Below, one piece after another: positions 21,524-31,797 of a stretch of 64,000 nt of DNA (position 1 is its first letter; each line of letters begins with the position of its first letter). The translations under genes were made by a program, and so were the position numbers. Source of the stretch: an uncultured cyanobacterium (GTDB lineage Bacteria; Cyanobacteriota; Cyanobacteriia; Leptolyngbyales; Leptolyngbyaceae); assembly GCA_963766075.1 (NCBI GenBank), contig CAVYAN010000008.1, forward strand, positions 33,953-97,952. The letters are read 5' to 3'. The notes under the pieces are model-generated. The model worked only from the letters and a program-made list of their open reading frames with translations, searched no databases and had not been told where the DNA came from.

Positions 21524-22306
21524 ATGGTTTCCCCGATTGCCGAAGGCAGCTCCCTGTCCTCCTTCCCGGAGGCTTTTCCCTCTGAACTTTTCGTCCTCCG
21601 CCAACGTACCCAGTGGTTGGGTTTAGCGATCGCACTGCTGATTCTCACGGTCTGGTTAGCCAGCACTGTGGTGCTGTTACGGTGCAATATTTCCCAGTGG
21701 CACCCGTTGGGACGATATCTCGCGACGGCATGGCAAACATTTTTGTACACGGGCCTGTTTATTACGGCCCATGATGCGATTCATGGGGTGGTAGTGCCGC
21801 AGCATGCGCGGATTAATCGGGTGATTGGGGCGATCGCCCTGTTCGCCTATGCCATGTTTCCCTATGCCCAAATTGCCCAGCGGCACTGGCTGCACCACCA
21901 GCACCCCGCGAGTTCACGGGATCCGGATTTTCACAATGGCACCCATCGGCACTGGCTGTTGTGGTACCTGTACTTTATGTTCCGTTACTGGAGTTGGCTG
22001 CGGTTTATTGCCTTAGCGACGACCTATAACCTGATGTTTCGCTTGCTCCAGATTCCGGAAGCCAATTTGGTGGCCTTTTGGGTGCTGCCGCCGTTACTCA
22101 GCTCGTTGCAGTTGTTTTATTTCGGTACCTATTTGCCCCACCGCCAACCCGTGGGGGGCTATACCCATCCGTCGCGGGCGGAAACGATTCGGCGCTCTTG
22201 GTTCTGGTCGTTTGTGACCTGTTATCACTTTGGTTATCACCGCGAACACCATGACTATCCCTTGGTGCCCTGGTGGTTGTTGCCGACGGTGGGGCGCTTG
22301 GGCTGA
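21524..22306 (+). CDS. crtW: Beta-carotene ketolase
   Basis: QTFLYTGLFITAHDAIHG, HWLHH, QLFYFGTYLPHR, CYHFGYHREHH. Confidence 0.9.
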   Translation: MVSPIAEGSSLSSFPEAFPSELFVLRQRTQWLGLAIALLILTVWLASTVVLLRCNISQWHPLGRYLATAWQTFLYTGLFITAHDAIHGVVVPQHARINRVIGAIALFAYAMFPYAQIAQRHWLHHQHPASSRDPDFHNGTHRHWLLWYLYFMFRYWSWLRFIALATTYNLMFRLLQIPEANLVAFWVLPPLLSSLQLFYFGTYLPHRQPVGGYTHPSRAETIRRSWFWSFVTCYHFGYHREHHDYPLVPWWLLPTVGRLG

Positions 22307-22348
22307 ATCGTTCCACTACAATCTAAGGAACTCCTTGGCTGATTTGGA

Positions 22349-22894
22349 ATGAATGCTGATTGCGATCGCCTGACTCGTTGGTCTGCTGCGCTCTGTGCCT
22401 TGGCGACTTTCCCGACCCTGTGGATCTTTGGTCTGATTGTGGCGCTGTTTGGGGTGACGATTTTTCAATCTATGGATTTTAACGAATTCTATGGATTGAC
22501 GGGGGTGACGCTGAATATTGGTGGGGCCTGGGTGATCATGGTGGCTTTAGCCGGAATCAATTACTGGATCGGCATGTGGCTGGCGCATCAGTATTGGCGG
22601 GCGGTGCGACGGCAGCACCCTTTGGTGCAGTGGTATGCGGATGCTGCCCAGAAATTTCAGCGGAGTCTGTGGCGGTATACGCTGATTTCGATGCTGTTGT
22701 GGACGCTGCTGCTGATGACGATGTGCGGAATTGGTCCGACCCAGATTGATGAGGTCTATGGGGTGGCGATCGCAGCGTTTCTTTGGCTAGCGGCGCTCGG
22801 CGTTTTCAATGGGGTGGTTACGGTGTTTGCGGCGGTGCGGGCGCTGAGGGGACAGGTTTATCACTATCCTGGGGCGACGGCGGTTTTGCAGTGA
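22349..22894 (+). CDS. Hypothetical membrane protein (DUF4870-like C-terminus)
   Basis: About four TM segments; ends AVRALRGQVYHYP. Confidence 0.6.
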   Translation: MNADCDRLTRWSAALCALATFPTLWIFGLIVALFGVTIFQSMDFNEFYGLTGVTLNIGGAWVIMVALAGINYWIGMWLAHQYWRAVRRQHPLVQWYADAAQKFQRSLWRYTLISMLLWTLLLMTMCGIGPTQIDEVYGVAIAAFLWLAALGVFNGVVTVFAAVRALRGQVYHYPGATAVLQ

Positions 22895-23063
22895 GAGGAT
22901 GTTTTAAAAGTCCTGCTGTTGGTAGCAAAAGTCTGGATCCCCCTAAATCCCCCTTAAAAAGGGGGACTTTCAATCCGGTTCCCCCTTTTTTAAGGGGGGC
23001 TAGGGGGGATCTCCGGGATCGTTGAGTGCCTAACATCACATTTGAAACCTTTAAAACGTCCCC
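22895..23063. mobile_element. 169-bp MITE carrying a GC/A-tract palindrome
   Basis: TIR GAGGATGTTTTAAAAG / CCTTTAAAACGTCCCC; 3-bp TSD TGA; palindromic core about 22936-23011. Confidence 0.75.
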
Positions 23064-23078
23064 TGAGGACAGGCGGGG

Positions 23079-23423
23079 CTAAAAGGCGGCTTCATCGGTG
23101 AGGGTTTCAATCAGCAAGTCCACCTGCTGCTGACGCTGGCTCAAAAATTCTTCGCACTGCTGGAGATAGTCCACGGCCTGGGCGAATTGGTCAAAGACGG
23201 CTGCGAGCTCTAGCTCGCCGGACTCAATCCGGGCGACGATCGCTTCCACCTGCTGGACTGTCGTTTCATAGTTCCAGCCGTCGGCCACGGGCGGCAGCAT
23301 CGGCTCGACATCCGGCGACAGGGCTTTCTGCGATCGCGCCTGAGATTTGGATTGGGATTTTGCCTGAGACTGGGAAGATTGACTCACCGAAGGTTCCACT
23401 GCGAATCGCCTAACAGGTTTCAC
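23079..23423 (-). CDS. xseB: Exodeoxyribonuclease VII small subunit (start uncertain)
   Basis: [31 protein letters not shown]. Confidence 0.85.
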   Translation of the reverse strand: MKPVRRFAVEPSVSQSSQSQAKSQSKSQARSQKALSPDVEPMLPPVADGWNYETTVQQVEAIVARIESGELELAAVFDQFAQAVDYLQQCEEFLSQRQQQVDLLIETLTDEAAF

Positions 23424-23647
23424 TTGATTTACTGTACCAGTGTAGCCCTCTTGAGGGGTAGCTTTTGGCCCAGCCGCAGGGCTTCCTTCCTCGCGTTGAT
23501 GCTGGGTTCACAGGGGCGATCGCCCGTGCTGAAGATCGGCGCAAAACTCCACGCTGGGCAGGCGGCGGGGTCAGCCCTGCGATCGCTCTCTGGACTGGGC
23601 AGGGGACTGATCTGCAGGGCGGCTGTTTTCCCTGGCCATCCCTTGGA

Positions 23648-25027
23648 CTAGGCGTTAAACGTTAAGGCGTGACCTCGAACCTGCTGATTAAATTGGCCGC
23701 GATCGTAGACCACCTGCCCCCCTACAATCGTCACCACTGGCCAGCCCGTCAAATTCCAGCCCTCAAAGGGACTCCAGCCACACTTGGTCTGCAATTCTTC
23801 CCGCAGGACCGGATGGTACGTGTCTAAATCCACTAGGACGAGGTCGGCATCGTAACCAGGGGCGATCGCGCCCTTGCCGACAATTCCATAGGCTTTTGCC
23901 ACCGCCGTGGACATCCACTGGGAAACTTGCGCGACGCTACAGCGCCCCTGCATCGCCTGGGTCAGCATCAGCGGCAGCGAGGTTTCCACTCCTGGCATGC
24001 CCGAAGGCACCTTAGCGGGCTCTAGAAAAACGGTTGCCGAAGTCGCCTCTTCATCGGCAGGCTTGGCGGACTGCGCCTGCCCCTTTTCGGCCAGGGTATG
24101 GGGCGCATGATCGGTGGCAATGAAGTCGATCACGCCATCTTGCAGGGCTTGCCACAGCACTGCGTTGTCGTGGGTGCTGCGAATCGGCGGGTTCATTTGA
24201 ATCAGGGATCCCAGCTTTTTGTAGTCGCCCGTATTCAGCAGCAGATGCTGAGGTGTGACTTCTGCGGTGACCCAAGCAGGCTTGTCCTGACGCAGCAGTT
24301 CGGCTTCTTCGGCGGTGGACAGGTGCAGAATATGCAGCCGTCGCTGATATTTTTTCGACAGTTTGAGTGCCAGTTGGGTGGCATTGAGTGCGGCTTGATT
24401 GTCTTGAATCACGGAATGGATGGCTGGATCGGTGTTGCCAGCAAATTCCTGTCGCCGTTGGGCGATCCGCGCTTGGTCTTCGGCATGGACGGCGATCAGG
24501 CGGGTGCCGGTGGCAAAAATGCGATCGAGGGCGGCTTCTTGATCCACCAGCAGATCACCATGCATCGACCCCATGAAAATCTTGATGCCGGGGGTGGGCG
24601 TTGCGGTTTGCAGATCTGGTAAGTTGGCAGCGGTAGCGCCGATAAAAAAGCCGAAGTTGACAAACGACTTCTGGGCGGCGCGGGCCAGTTTATCGTTGAG
24701 GGCCGCCTGGTTGATGGTCAGCGGCTTGGTGTTGGGCATTTCTAAGAAGGATGTGACGCCGCCACGGGCACAGGCGCGGGAGGCGGTGGTGAGGTCTTCT
24801 TTGTGCTCTAATCCCGGTTCCCGAAAGTGGACTTGGGGGTCAATGACGCCGGGGAGTAGGGTGAGCTGGTTGGCCTCGATGACGGTATCGGCTGCGCGCT
24901 CTAGGTTGGGACCAATGTCTTGAATCACGCCGCCTTCAACCCACACATCGGCGGATTCAAAGTGGCCATTGGGGAGTAAGACCCTAGCGTTGCGGATGAG
25001 TAATGTGGCGGCGGGGGATGAGGACAT
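23648..25027 (-). CDS. pyrC: Dihydroorotase
   Basis: PGVIDPQVHFREPG, EMPNT, ATDHAPH, GMPGVET. Confidence 0.92.
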   Translation of the reverse strand: MSSSPAATLLIRNARVLLPNGHFESADVWVEGGVIQDIGPNLERAADTVIEANQLTLLPGVIDPQVHFREPGLEHKEDLTTASRACARGGVTSFLEMPNTKPLTINQAALNDKLARAAQKSFVNFGFFIGATAANLPDLQTATPTPGIKIFMGSMHGDLLVDQEAALDRIFATGTRLIAVHAEDQARIAQRRQEFAGNTDPAIHSVIQDNQAALNATQLALKLSKKYQRRLHILHLSTAEEAELLRQDKPAWVTAEVTPQHLLLNTGDYKKLGSLIQMNPPIRSTHDNAVLWQALQDGVIDFIATDHAPHTLAEKGQAQSAKPADEEATSATVFLEPAKVPSGMPGVETSLPLMLTQAMQGRCSVAQVSQWMSTAVAKAYGIVGKGAIAPGYDADLVLVDLDTYHPVLREELQTKCGWSPFEGWNLTGWPVVTIVGGQVVYDRGQFNQQVRGHALTFNA

Positions 25028-25281
25028 GGTGAACCAGGAGAGAGACTGCTTCCATCATAGGAAATTTCGGTTGCGTACCATTCTAATCAGCGCGATTATG
25101 CCGATAACGGACTGATCTCGTCGTTCCGCAACGGCCAGTCTCAGGGTATCTGTATCTAAGCTCTCTGGTTCGAGTGGCGGACCATAACGGGTAATCAAGC
25201 TTTTCCAGTAATGACCTGCATTGAGATCCATGGGTGAACTCCTAAAGCAGTGAGTCAGTGGGAATGAGAAAACAGAATTCT

Positions 25282-26850
25282 TTACCAGTTACCACCAGCA
25301 CCACCGCCATCGCTACCGCCACCGCCAAAGTCAGAACTGCTGCTGCTCGACGTATCAGGATAGTAATTGGGTTCGTAGGTGCTGCTGGATGAGGAACTTG
25401 CATCAGAGGAAGTGCGCGATCGCCCACTTGTTTCAGAACCAGAAGATGGCGATGGACGATAAATCCGGGCGATTTGCAGATGAGTACTTTCCCGATTGAT
25501 GGCCGCATTACAGGTTGGGCAGTGCCAGCCACAAATTTTGACATCCTTAGCGGCTGGAGAGGTTCGTTGTTTCGATGTGAGCAGGGGTTCTAGCTGTTCG
25601 GGCTGTAAAAGGTTGAGAGCGGTGCGGTGGCGATCGCAACAAAACGCTTGATGTTGTATACGGTAGCGTAAACTATCCCGTTCAAACGCTTGCAACAGCT
25701 TCCCGCTGAGCAAAATGCTGCATCCTGCCGTCAGCCCAGCCGCCTGTATTGGCCGCTGAATCCACCCCCCAAAGTCTCGGAGCGGAAACCAACCCAGGCT
25801 ACTAGCAAACCCCACTAGGACAAACAGTAACACCACCGAGGCGAGGAAGGATGACACCACGTCTCCCCAGTCAGGCTGAATCACCTCCTGCAGCACAGGC
25901 AGGAAACGTCGCTTATTGATCAGCCAATCCATGATGAACTTCAAGAGACCGCCAAAAATCAGCAAGGCGGCTAGGATCGGAATCAGCAAGCTGAGCCCAA
26001 AAATTTGGCCCCCCCAGTAGCGGGTGGCGGTTAAGATCATAAAGGTGAGGCTATAGAGAATAACGGCGATCGTAATTAGAGTTGGTGCCAAAAATAGCCC
26101 CGTAAATTTACGCTCTGGATGCTCACCCACCCAGGTTTGAACATCTTCTTGACGAAGAACATCCCGTCGCGTTTGCTGTTCTCCCATCTGAAGTGGTGTA
26201 AGTTGGCGCGATCGCCAGGTCAAAAGCCCACATATTCCCAGCAAGCCCACAATTCCTCCGCCCAGCAATTCCCAAATTACCGGGGGGATGACAAACTGCC
26301 GGAGGCGATCGGCATTGTTCCGAATTTCGTCTGCGAGTTGCTGGGTTACCTGGATAATTCCACCTGCATAGTCCTCCTGGCGAAAACGGGGGACTATCAC
26401 CGTTTCAATCAGCGTGGCAACTTGGGCATCTGGCAGAATGTTGGCGGTTCCTCGTCCGGTTTCAATTTCAACTCGGCGATCGTCGCGGGAGACCAGGATC
26501 AGCAGTCCATTGTCTTGAGTGGCTTTGCCAATGCCCCAGGTATTAAATAGTTCTGTGGCAAAGGCTTTGGGCGAAGCTGCTGGATCGGTCGTTGGCACTG
26601 TGACGACAGTTAACTCAGCTTGCGTATCGGCTTCCAGATCGGTCGCAATTTGATTAATCTGGACTTCAGCCTCAGGTGAGAGCAATGCTGCCATGTCAGT
26701 CACCCAGCCTCCTGAGGTCTGACGGGGGTTGGGAACGTCTTGAACAGTAATTGCCGTAGCAATGGGAGCCCAACTGAACCACAGCAATATCATTAAGCAG
26801 ATGCCTATAACCAAACGAACAGATGGTTTGAATAGACCTGGTAACTGCAT
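25282..26850 (-). CDS. TPM-domain membrane protein with Ser/Gly-rich tail
   Basis: FATELFNTWGIG..DNGLLILVS.DDRRVEIETG; tail SDFGGGGSDGGGAGGNW. Confidence 0.9.
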   Translation of the reverse strand: MQLPGLFKPSVRLVIGICLMILLWFSWAPIATAITVQDVPNPRQTSGGWVTDMAALLSPEAEVQINQIATDLEADTQAELTVVTVPTTDPAASPKAFATELFNTWGIGKATQDNGLLILVSRDDRRVEIETGRGTANILPDAQVATLIETVIVPRFRQEDYAGGIIQVTQQLADEIRNNADRLRQFVIPPVIWELLGGGIVGLLGICGLLTWRSRQLTPLQMGEQQTRRDVLRQEDVQTWVGEHPERKFTGLFLAPTLITIAVILYSLTFMILTATRYWGGQIFGLSLLIPILAALLIFGGLLKFIMDWLINKRRFLPVLQEVIQPDWGDVVSSFLASVVLLFVLVGFASSLGWFPLRDFGGWIQRPIQAAGLTAGCSILLSGKLLQAFERDSLRYRIQHQAFCCDRHRTALNLLQPEQLEPLLTSKQRTSPAAKDVKICGWHCPTCNAAINRESTHLQIARIYRPSPSSGSETSGRSRTSSDASSSSSSTYEPNYYPDTSSSSSSDFGGGGSDGGGAGGNW

Positions 26851-27106
26851 GGGGAAGTATAAAAATGAATATGGTGATTGGCTATGCTCGTAGTCTAACC
26901 TCTCTGACATACGTCACTGGCATTTGTCTCACTGGCATTGGTCTCAAGAAAGCGTCACTTGAGGCAGCAATCATTCTTGTAAAGTAATTCAGCACTCCCA
27001 TCAGGGCTGATATGGTAAATCTCCAGACAAAACTCACCTATACTCAGAGGTAGGAATGAGACACGGTTCTCCTGTCTGCCCTGCTCGCTGGTTTTGAGTA
27101 GCACAC

Positions 27107-28424
27107 CTGGTTGACTGACAAAAGTCTGCAAGTCAATTCCTGATTACCTTAAACTCGAGTCGTTCCAAACGCTGTTCCCGTTGCCATCGCGAGGCAAAAG
27201 CCGGGTCCGGATCCTGGTCAGACTGGAGCGCGACCTGCGTAAATACCTTCCACCCGCGCACCGTGACACCCTTCATCCAATTCCAACCGATTTTGAGATA
27301 GCTACTGCCGCGCTGCCAATGGGGATCCACCTGTCGGCGCAACCCTGCCGCCACGACCGCCGTCCCTTGCAGCGTCAGAAACAACGTCGCCACCGCCACC
27401 ACAAAACACAACCGCGACAAGGCGATGGCATCGCGCAGCATCGAGCGCTCCAATTCAAAGCCATTCGATTTGTCGTCCAAAAAGTTTTCCTCGATATCAA
27501 ACCGTTTGCCATATTCGGCAAAGGTTTGCAGTGTCGTCGGTTCGCTGCTGAGAATGAACCAATTTTCAGGGGTGCCTGCGACTTTCGCCAAGGCCAAATG
27601 GACATCGCTGAGGGTCTTGGTTGTGTAGATGCGCACTTGCTGAAACAGCCGTGCTTCCCCAGCACTGAGATGATAGTCCTTGATTTGTCGCCAGCCCAGA
27701 CCCGCTTGCCAAAACCAGAAATTTCCCTTCACCCGAATCCGATAGTGCCAGCCCAACTCCTGACGCACGTAGCGCATCAAATCCACATCCACAAAGCCCC
27801 GGTCGGCGAGCAATACCACTTTGACGCCCACAGGGAGTACCCCTGCCACCCGCTTGAGCATGTCACGATAGACTGCCAGTTTGACACTACAACTCTTGTG
27901 CCGAATCACCCGCCAGCCTACCGGCACCGCCCGTCCCCGGTAAACCACCGACACCCGAATGAGGCAGAACACATCCCACAGACTGCTGGTATCGAGGCTG
28001 AGGTACAGGCATGCCTCTTGCCAATCGCTCAATGCCGCTCGAATCAAGGGACCATACAACCGTGCCACGTTCAGCCGACTGTTGTGCAGCCATCGTCCGA
28101 ACCGGCGCTGGGTGCTTTGGGCATACTGCGCTTTCGTCTCCACACGACTAATCCAATGGGTCACATTCACCCGGCCTTCTTCCAAAAGACCAATCAGCAT
28201 CCACACCAAGACCGCGATGTGGCGCACATCCTGCCAGGTGGATTGACTCACAAACTCCCACAATGGATGATAAAGGCGAGAGGCGTAGACGATTTTCATA
28301 ATGGTCAATCTGATGTTTTTTGAACTAACAACAGATTAACGCCTCTTTCCTTGGTCTTCACACCTCAACACCCCTCTAGGCAAGATTTCCAGTCCTATTC
28401 CAAAAAGTTTTGTCAGTCAACCAG
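27107..28424 (-). mobile_element. IS4-family element; transposase 27133-28308
   Basis: TIR CTGGTTGACTGACAAAA; LSLDTS, LADRGF, YGKRFDIEENFLDDK (YREK-like). Confidence 0.9.
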
Positions 28425-28640
28425 GTAGTTCACACAGTCTCTCAATCCTTCCAACCACATGAATGGGGGTTGGTCATCAATCAGTATTCTTCCAGCAACC
28501 ACCAATCCAGAAAGTGGCTTGATCCCGCCTCCCACATCATCGACATAGGCAAAGAGAGGTTCTGGCTCTAGGAAAGCTGATAAATCAATCTTGAAGCCGA
28601 CTCCCCCAGAGATGCTGACAACTTGGACTGGGTTGTCCAT
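28425..28640 (-). pseudogene. Small cassette-like ORF truncated by IS4
   Basis: ATG 34 bp downstream of attC3 R'; frame runs into the IS4 TIR. Confidence 0.5.
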
Positions 28641-28673
28641 TTCACATCACCTTCGCTTATTTAGCTCTTTACT

Positions 28674-28757
28674 GTCCAACAACCCCAATCACCCACCGCA
28701 GATGAACTTGAACTCCAATCGACAACCTCTCGGCGGTCGGTGTGCATTGAGATTGTT
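28674..28757 (-). other. Integron attC-like site 3; R'' cut by ISKra4 immediately before AAC
   Basis: Minus strand AACAATCTCAATGCACACCGACCGCCG ... GCGGTGGGTGATTGGGGTT-GTTGGAC; shares ATGCACACCGACCGCCGAGAG with attC2. Confidence 0.8.
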
Positions 28758-29976
28758 GGGAGCATCTCACCTTTGCGATGAGTAGAAATACTTGTGATCA
28801 TATCGCCCTGGAAAGCTGAAAATGCGTTGAAAATTGACCATTTAGGTAGGCACACCGATGTTTTACGACTTGATCGACATTCTTCGCCTCCCATTGTGCT
28901 CCTGAAATTTTCACCCGGCGACTAATTTGTTTAATTCCAGATTCCACGCCACCCGAGCCAATGGTGAATCCTTCTGACTGTAAATAGTCATAATTCGGAA
29001 TCCGATGCCGATGCTTGGTCAGATAGGTGATGAAATTGGGCACGGTATCAAGAGTGCAATCGGAGAACAGCGCCATCGCCGCCTCGACTTTGCCAGTCCA
29101 TAACAAGGCTTCCACCTGATTTAAGCGATTGTTCGAGCCACCCACTTTGTGCAAATTCTCGACCAAATGGTACCAATCCAGAATTTCACGCCGCTGTTCT
29201 GGAACCGCCACCGCACGAAATACATTCCAAATCCCATCATGCCCATCGCCTAAACAGGAAACCGTGGTGGCTAAGGGTTGGCTATTGACCCAATCAATCA
29301 ACGCCTCATTTTTTTGGAAATATCCCCCAATCCCTTGACCTTCTAAAACCACGGCTTTGTAATCTTTGTAAATAGACACTTCACCCTTGGGGGTGCGGAT
29401 TCTAGCTTTTCCGCCATCTAAACTCATTGATTCAATAGTGGTTTCAGAAATGATTCCCTTAAATTCCTGACGATGCACTAATCTATGATGAGTACTATGA
29501 GAAATATCTATTCCCATTAGAATTGCTAAATCTTCTTGTGAACGTGCATAAGAGCTATTTGCACTCACGAGTAGACAGCAGTTTTCTAAGTGCTCACTGA
29601 TTTGAGTATAGGGTTTTACATTGAGGTGTTGGGCTTGACGTTCCGTGATTTCAAGATTCCCGATTGTTGTTTTGATGTTTCGCTTTCTTCCCGTTTCGAT
29701 TTCGGTGGCATTTTTGACAAAAAAACACCGATAGGAGGGCTGACATGCTGCAGGATTTGCTGACGAACGGTAGTTTCAATATCCCCCAAGGTCTGAATCA
29801 CTTTCGGATCCGTATCAGAATAGAGAATTTGGGCAATTTGGTTGGCATGGTATTCTATTTTTTGTAATTCTTCAGGCGTCATGGCGGCAAAGCCTCAAAT
29901 CAGTGACTCAATTTTGTCGTATTTCGATGAAATTATCACTAAGCATTTATGCTCATTGCAAAGGTGAGATGCTCCC
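28758..29976 (-). mobile_element. ISKra4-family IS copy 2 (1219 bp)
   Basis: Near-identical to copy 1, opposite strand. Confidence 0.95.
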
Positions 29977-30740
29977 TTTCTGTATCCTATTCTTGCCATT
30001 TCCAGGGCTTCTTCATAAGTCCACTGAGGCATGGGATCAAGGTCGGCAATATTCTGGAATGCTTTCAGGATGGACGAGTCACCCGTCAAGTCAGCCACAA
30101 CCTGAGCGATCGCCTTACAGCATCGGTTAGGAGAAATAACAACCTGCTTTTCACTGAAGCGAACGACGACCCACCCTTTGCGCAGGAAGAAATTATTGCG
30201 GCGATTATCTGCACCGAGGAAATGAATAGGTTTCCCAGAACTATAGATATAAGGCTCGTCAATTTCAATGTTGATGTGTAACCCAGTTGCCTGGTCAATG
30301 TAGCTGACGTCAGGATAGTAGAAACGCTCAGTCCCGAACGCTAACGTCAATTCTGTATAGACTTTGCCTGGGAAATAGCCGTTGAGCTTCATCTTTAAGA
30401 ATTCCTCTGAAGCGCCGGCTTGAGATTTACCCTTGCCATCATAAGTGCTGGTTTGCCGCAGAACTTTCAGGCATGAAGCCTGACGAAATTCAGCAACTTT
30501 TTCTGGGGTATGACATTCTGCTTTCAACCGCTCCCATTTCGGTTGATCAGCCTGTGCGGACATCCCGATACTGCCGTTTCTGTTCTGAAGCCTTTTCATA
30601 CTGCTGCTGCTCTTGGGCAAATCGGGATGTGTCTTGTTCATGCGCCCTACAGCGTTCAGGGAATGAACGAATCTGACTGACGATTTCCCAAGCGATCGCC
30701 CCAGGAATGGCAAGAACCGCCCAACTTATTACCCCGCTTA

Positions 30741-31769
30741 TAGCGGCTATCAGTCCAGCGAGGTACACTAAGAGCAAGGAAATCTACCCATAACTTGTCG
30801 CGATGAAAGCCTATTCTCTTGATTTACGCCAGAAAATCGTGGATGCCTACGCAACCGGTGATATTTCACAGCGAAAGCTCGCTAAGAACTTTGGTGTCGC
30901 CTTAAGCTTTGTCCAAACTCTCCTGAAACGTCAGCGTGAATTAGGCACTATTGCTCCCAAAGTGCGGACTGAGCAGACACCCACAAAACTCAATGATGAA
31001 CAACTGGAAATCCTGAGGCAACTGGTTGAAGCTCAGCCCGATGCAACTTTAGCCGAACTACGGGATCATCTTTATGAGAAAACCTCGATCTTCCTTGGTG
31101 TTGCCACGGTGGATCGGATGGTCCGTCTGAAGCTCAATCTCCGCTTCAAAAAAAAGTCTCTATCCCACAAAGAAAGGGACTGACCCCGTCCAACTCGCCC
31201 GCTTTGAGTACTGGCATCTGTTGCGCGGTATCCCTGCCGAGAATCTGATTTTTTTGGATGAATCGGGAGTTAATCTATCCTTGATTCGTAAATGTGCACG
31301 GGCATTACCTGGAAAACGTGCCTATGGTGAAAAGCCGAATCGTAAAGGGAAAAATGTCTCTGTGATTGGGGCGATTAGCTTAAAGGGATTGCTAGCCCAG
31401 TGGAGTGCCTTGGGCTCGATCAATACCTTGACCTTTGATGCCTTCATTGCCCAAAAGTTAGTGCCACAACTGTGGCCAGGGGCCGTGGTGATCATGGATA
31501 ATTGCTCAATTCATAAAAGTGCCGAACTCGAAGCCTTGATCGCTGCCGCAGGGGCACATCTGATTTATCTACCTCCCTACTCCCCCGATTTCTCACCCAT
31601 TGAAAACTTTTGGTCTAAGATTAAAAGCATCCTCCGTCGCATCGGTGCCAGAACTTATCCTGATTTACTTAAAGCATTAGAGGAGGCTTTTGCAGAAGTG
31701 ACGATTGAGAATTTATTGGGTTGGTTTACTCACTGCTGCTACTGTACCTCAGAAGCCCAATAACCGCTA
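30741..31769 (+). mobile_element. IS630-family element with frameshifted transposase (30803-31183, 31221-31763)
   Basis: TA-flanked ends TAGCGG...CCGCTA; MKAYSLDLRQKIV, FLDESG, MDN, LPPYSPDFSPIE; A-run slip site near 31148. Confidence 0.93.
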
Positions 31770-31797
31770 TACCAAGCAAAACAAGGCTACCCTGAGG

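Noticed and set aside
23424..23647. xseA remnant upstream of xseB
   Set aside because: No XseA-like translation recognised in any frame.
27181..28323. 380-aa plus-strand ORF
   Set aside because: Antisense to the IS4 transposase, with no recognisable motifs.
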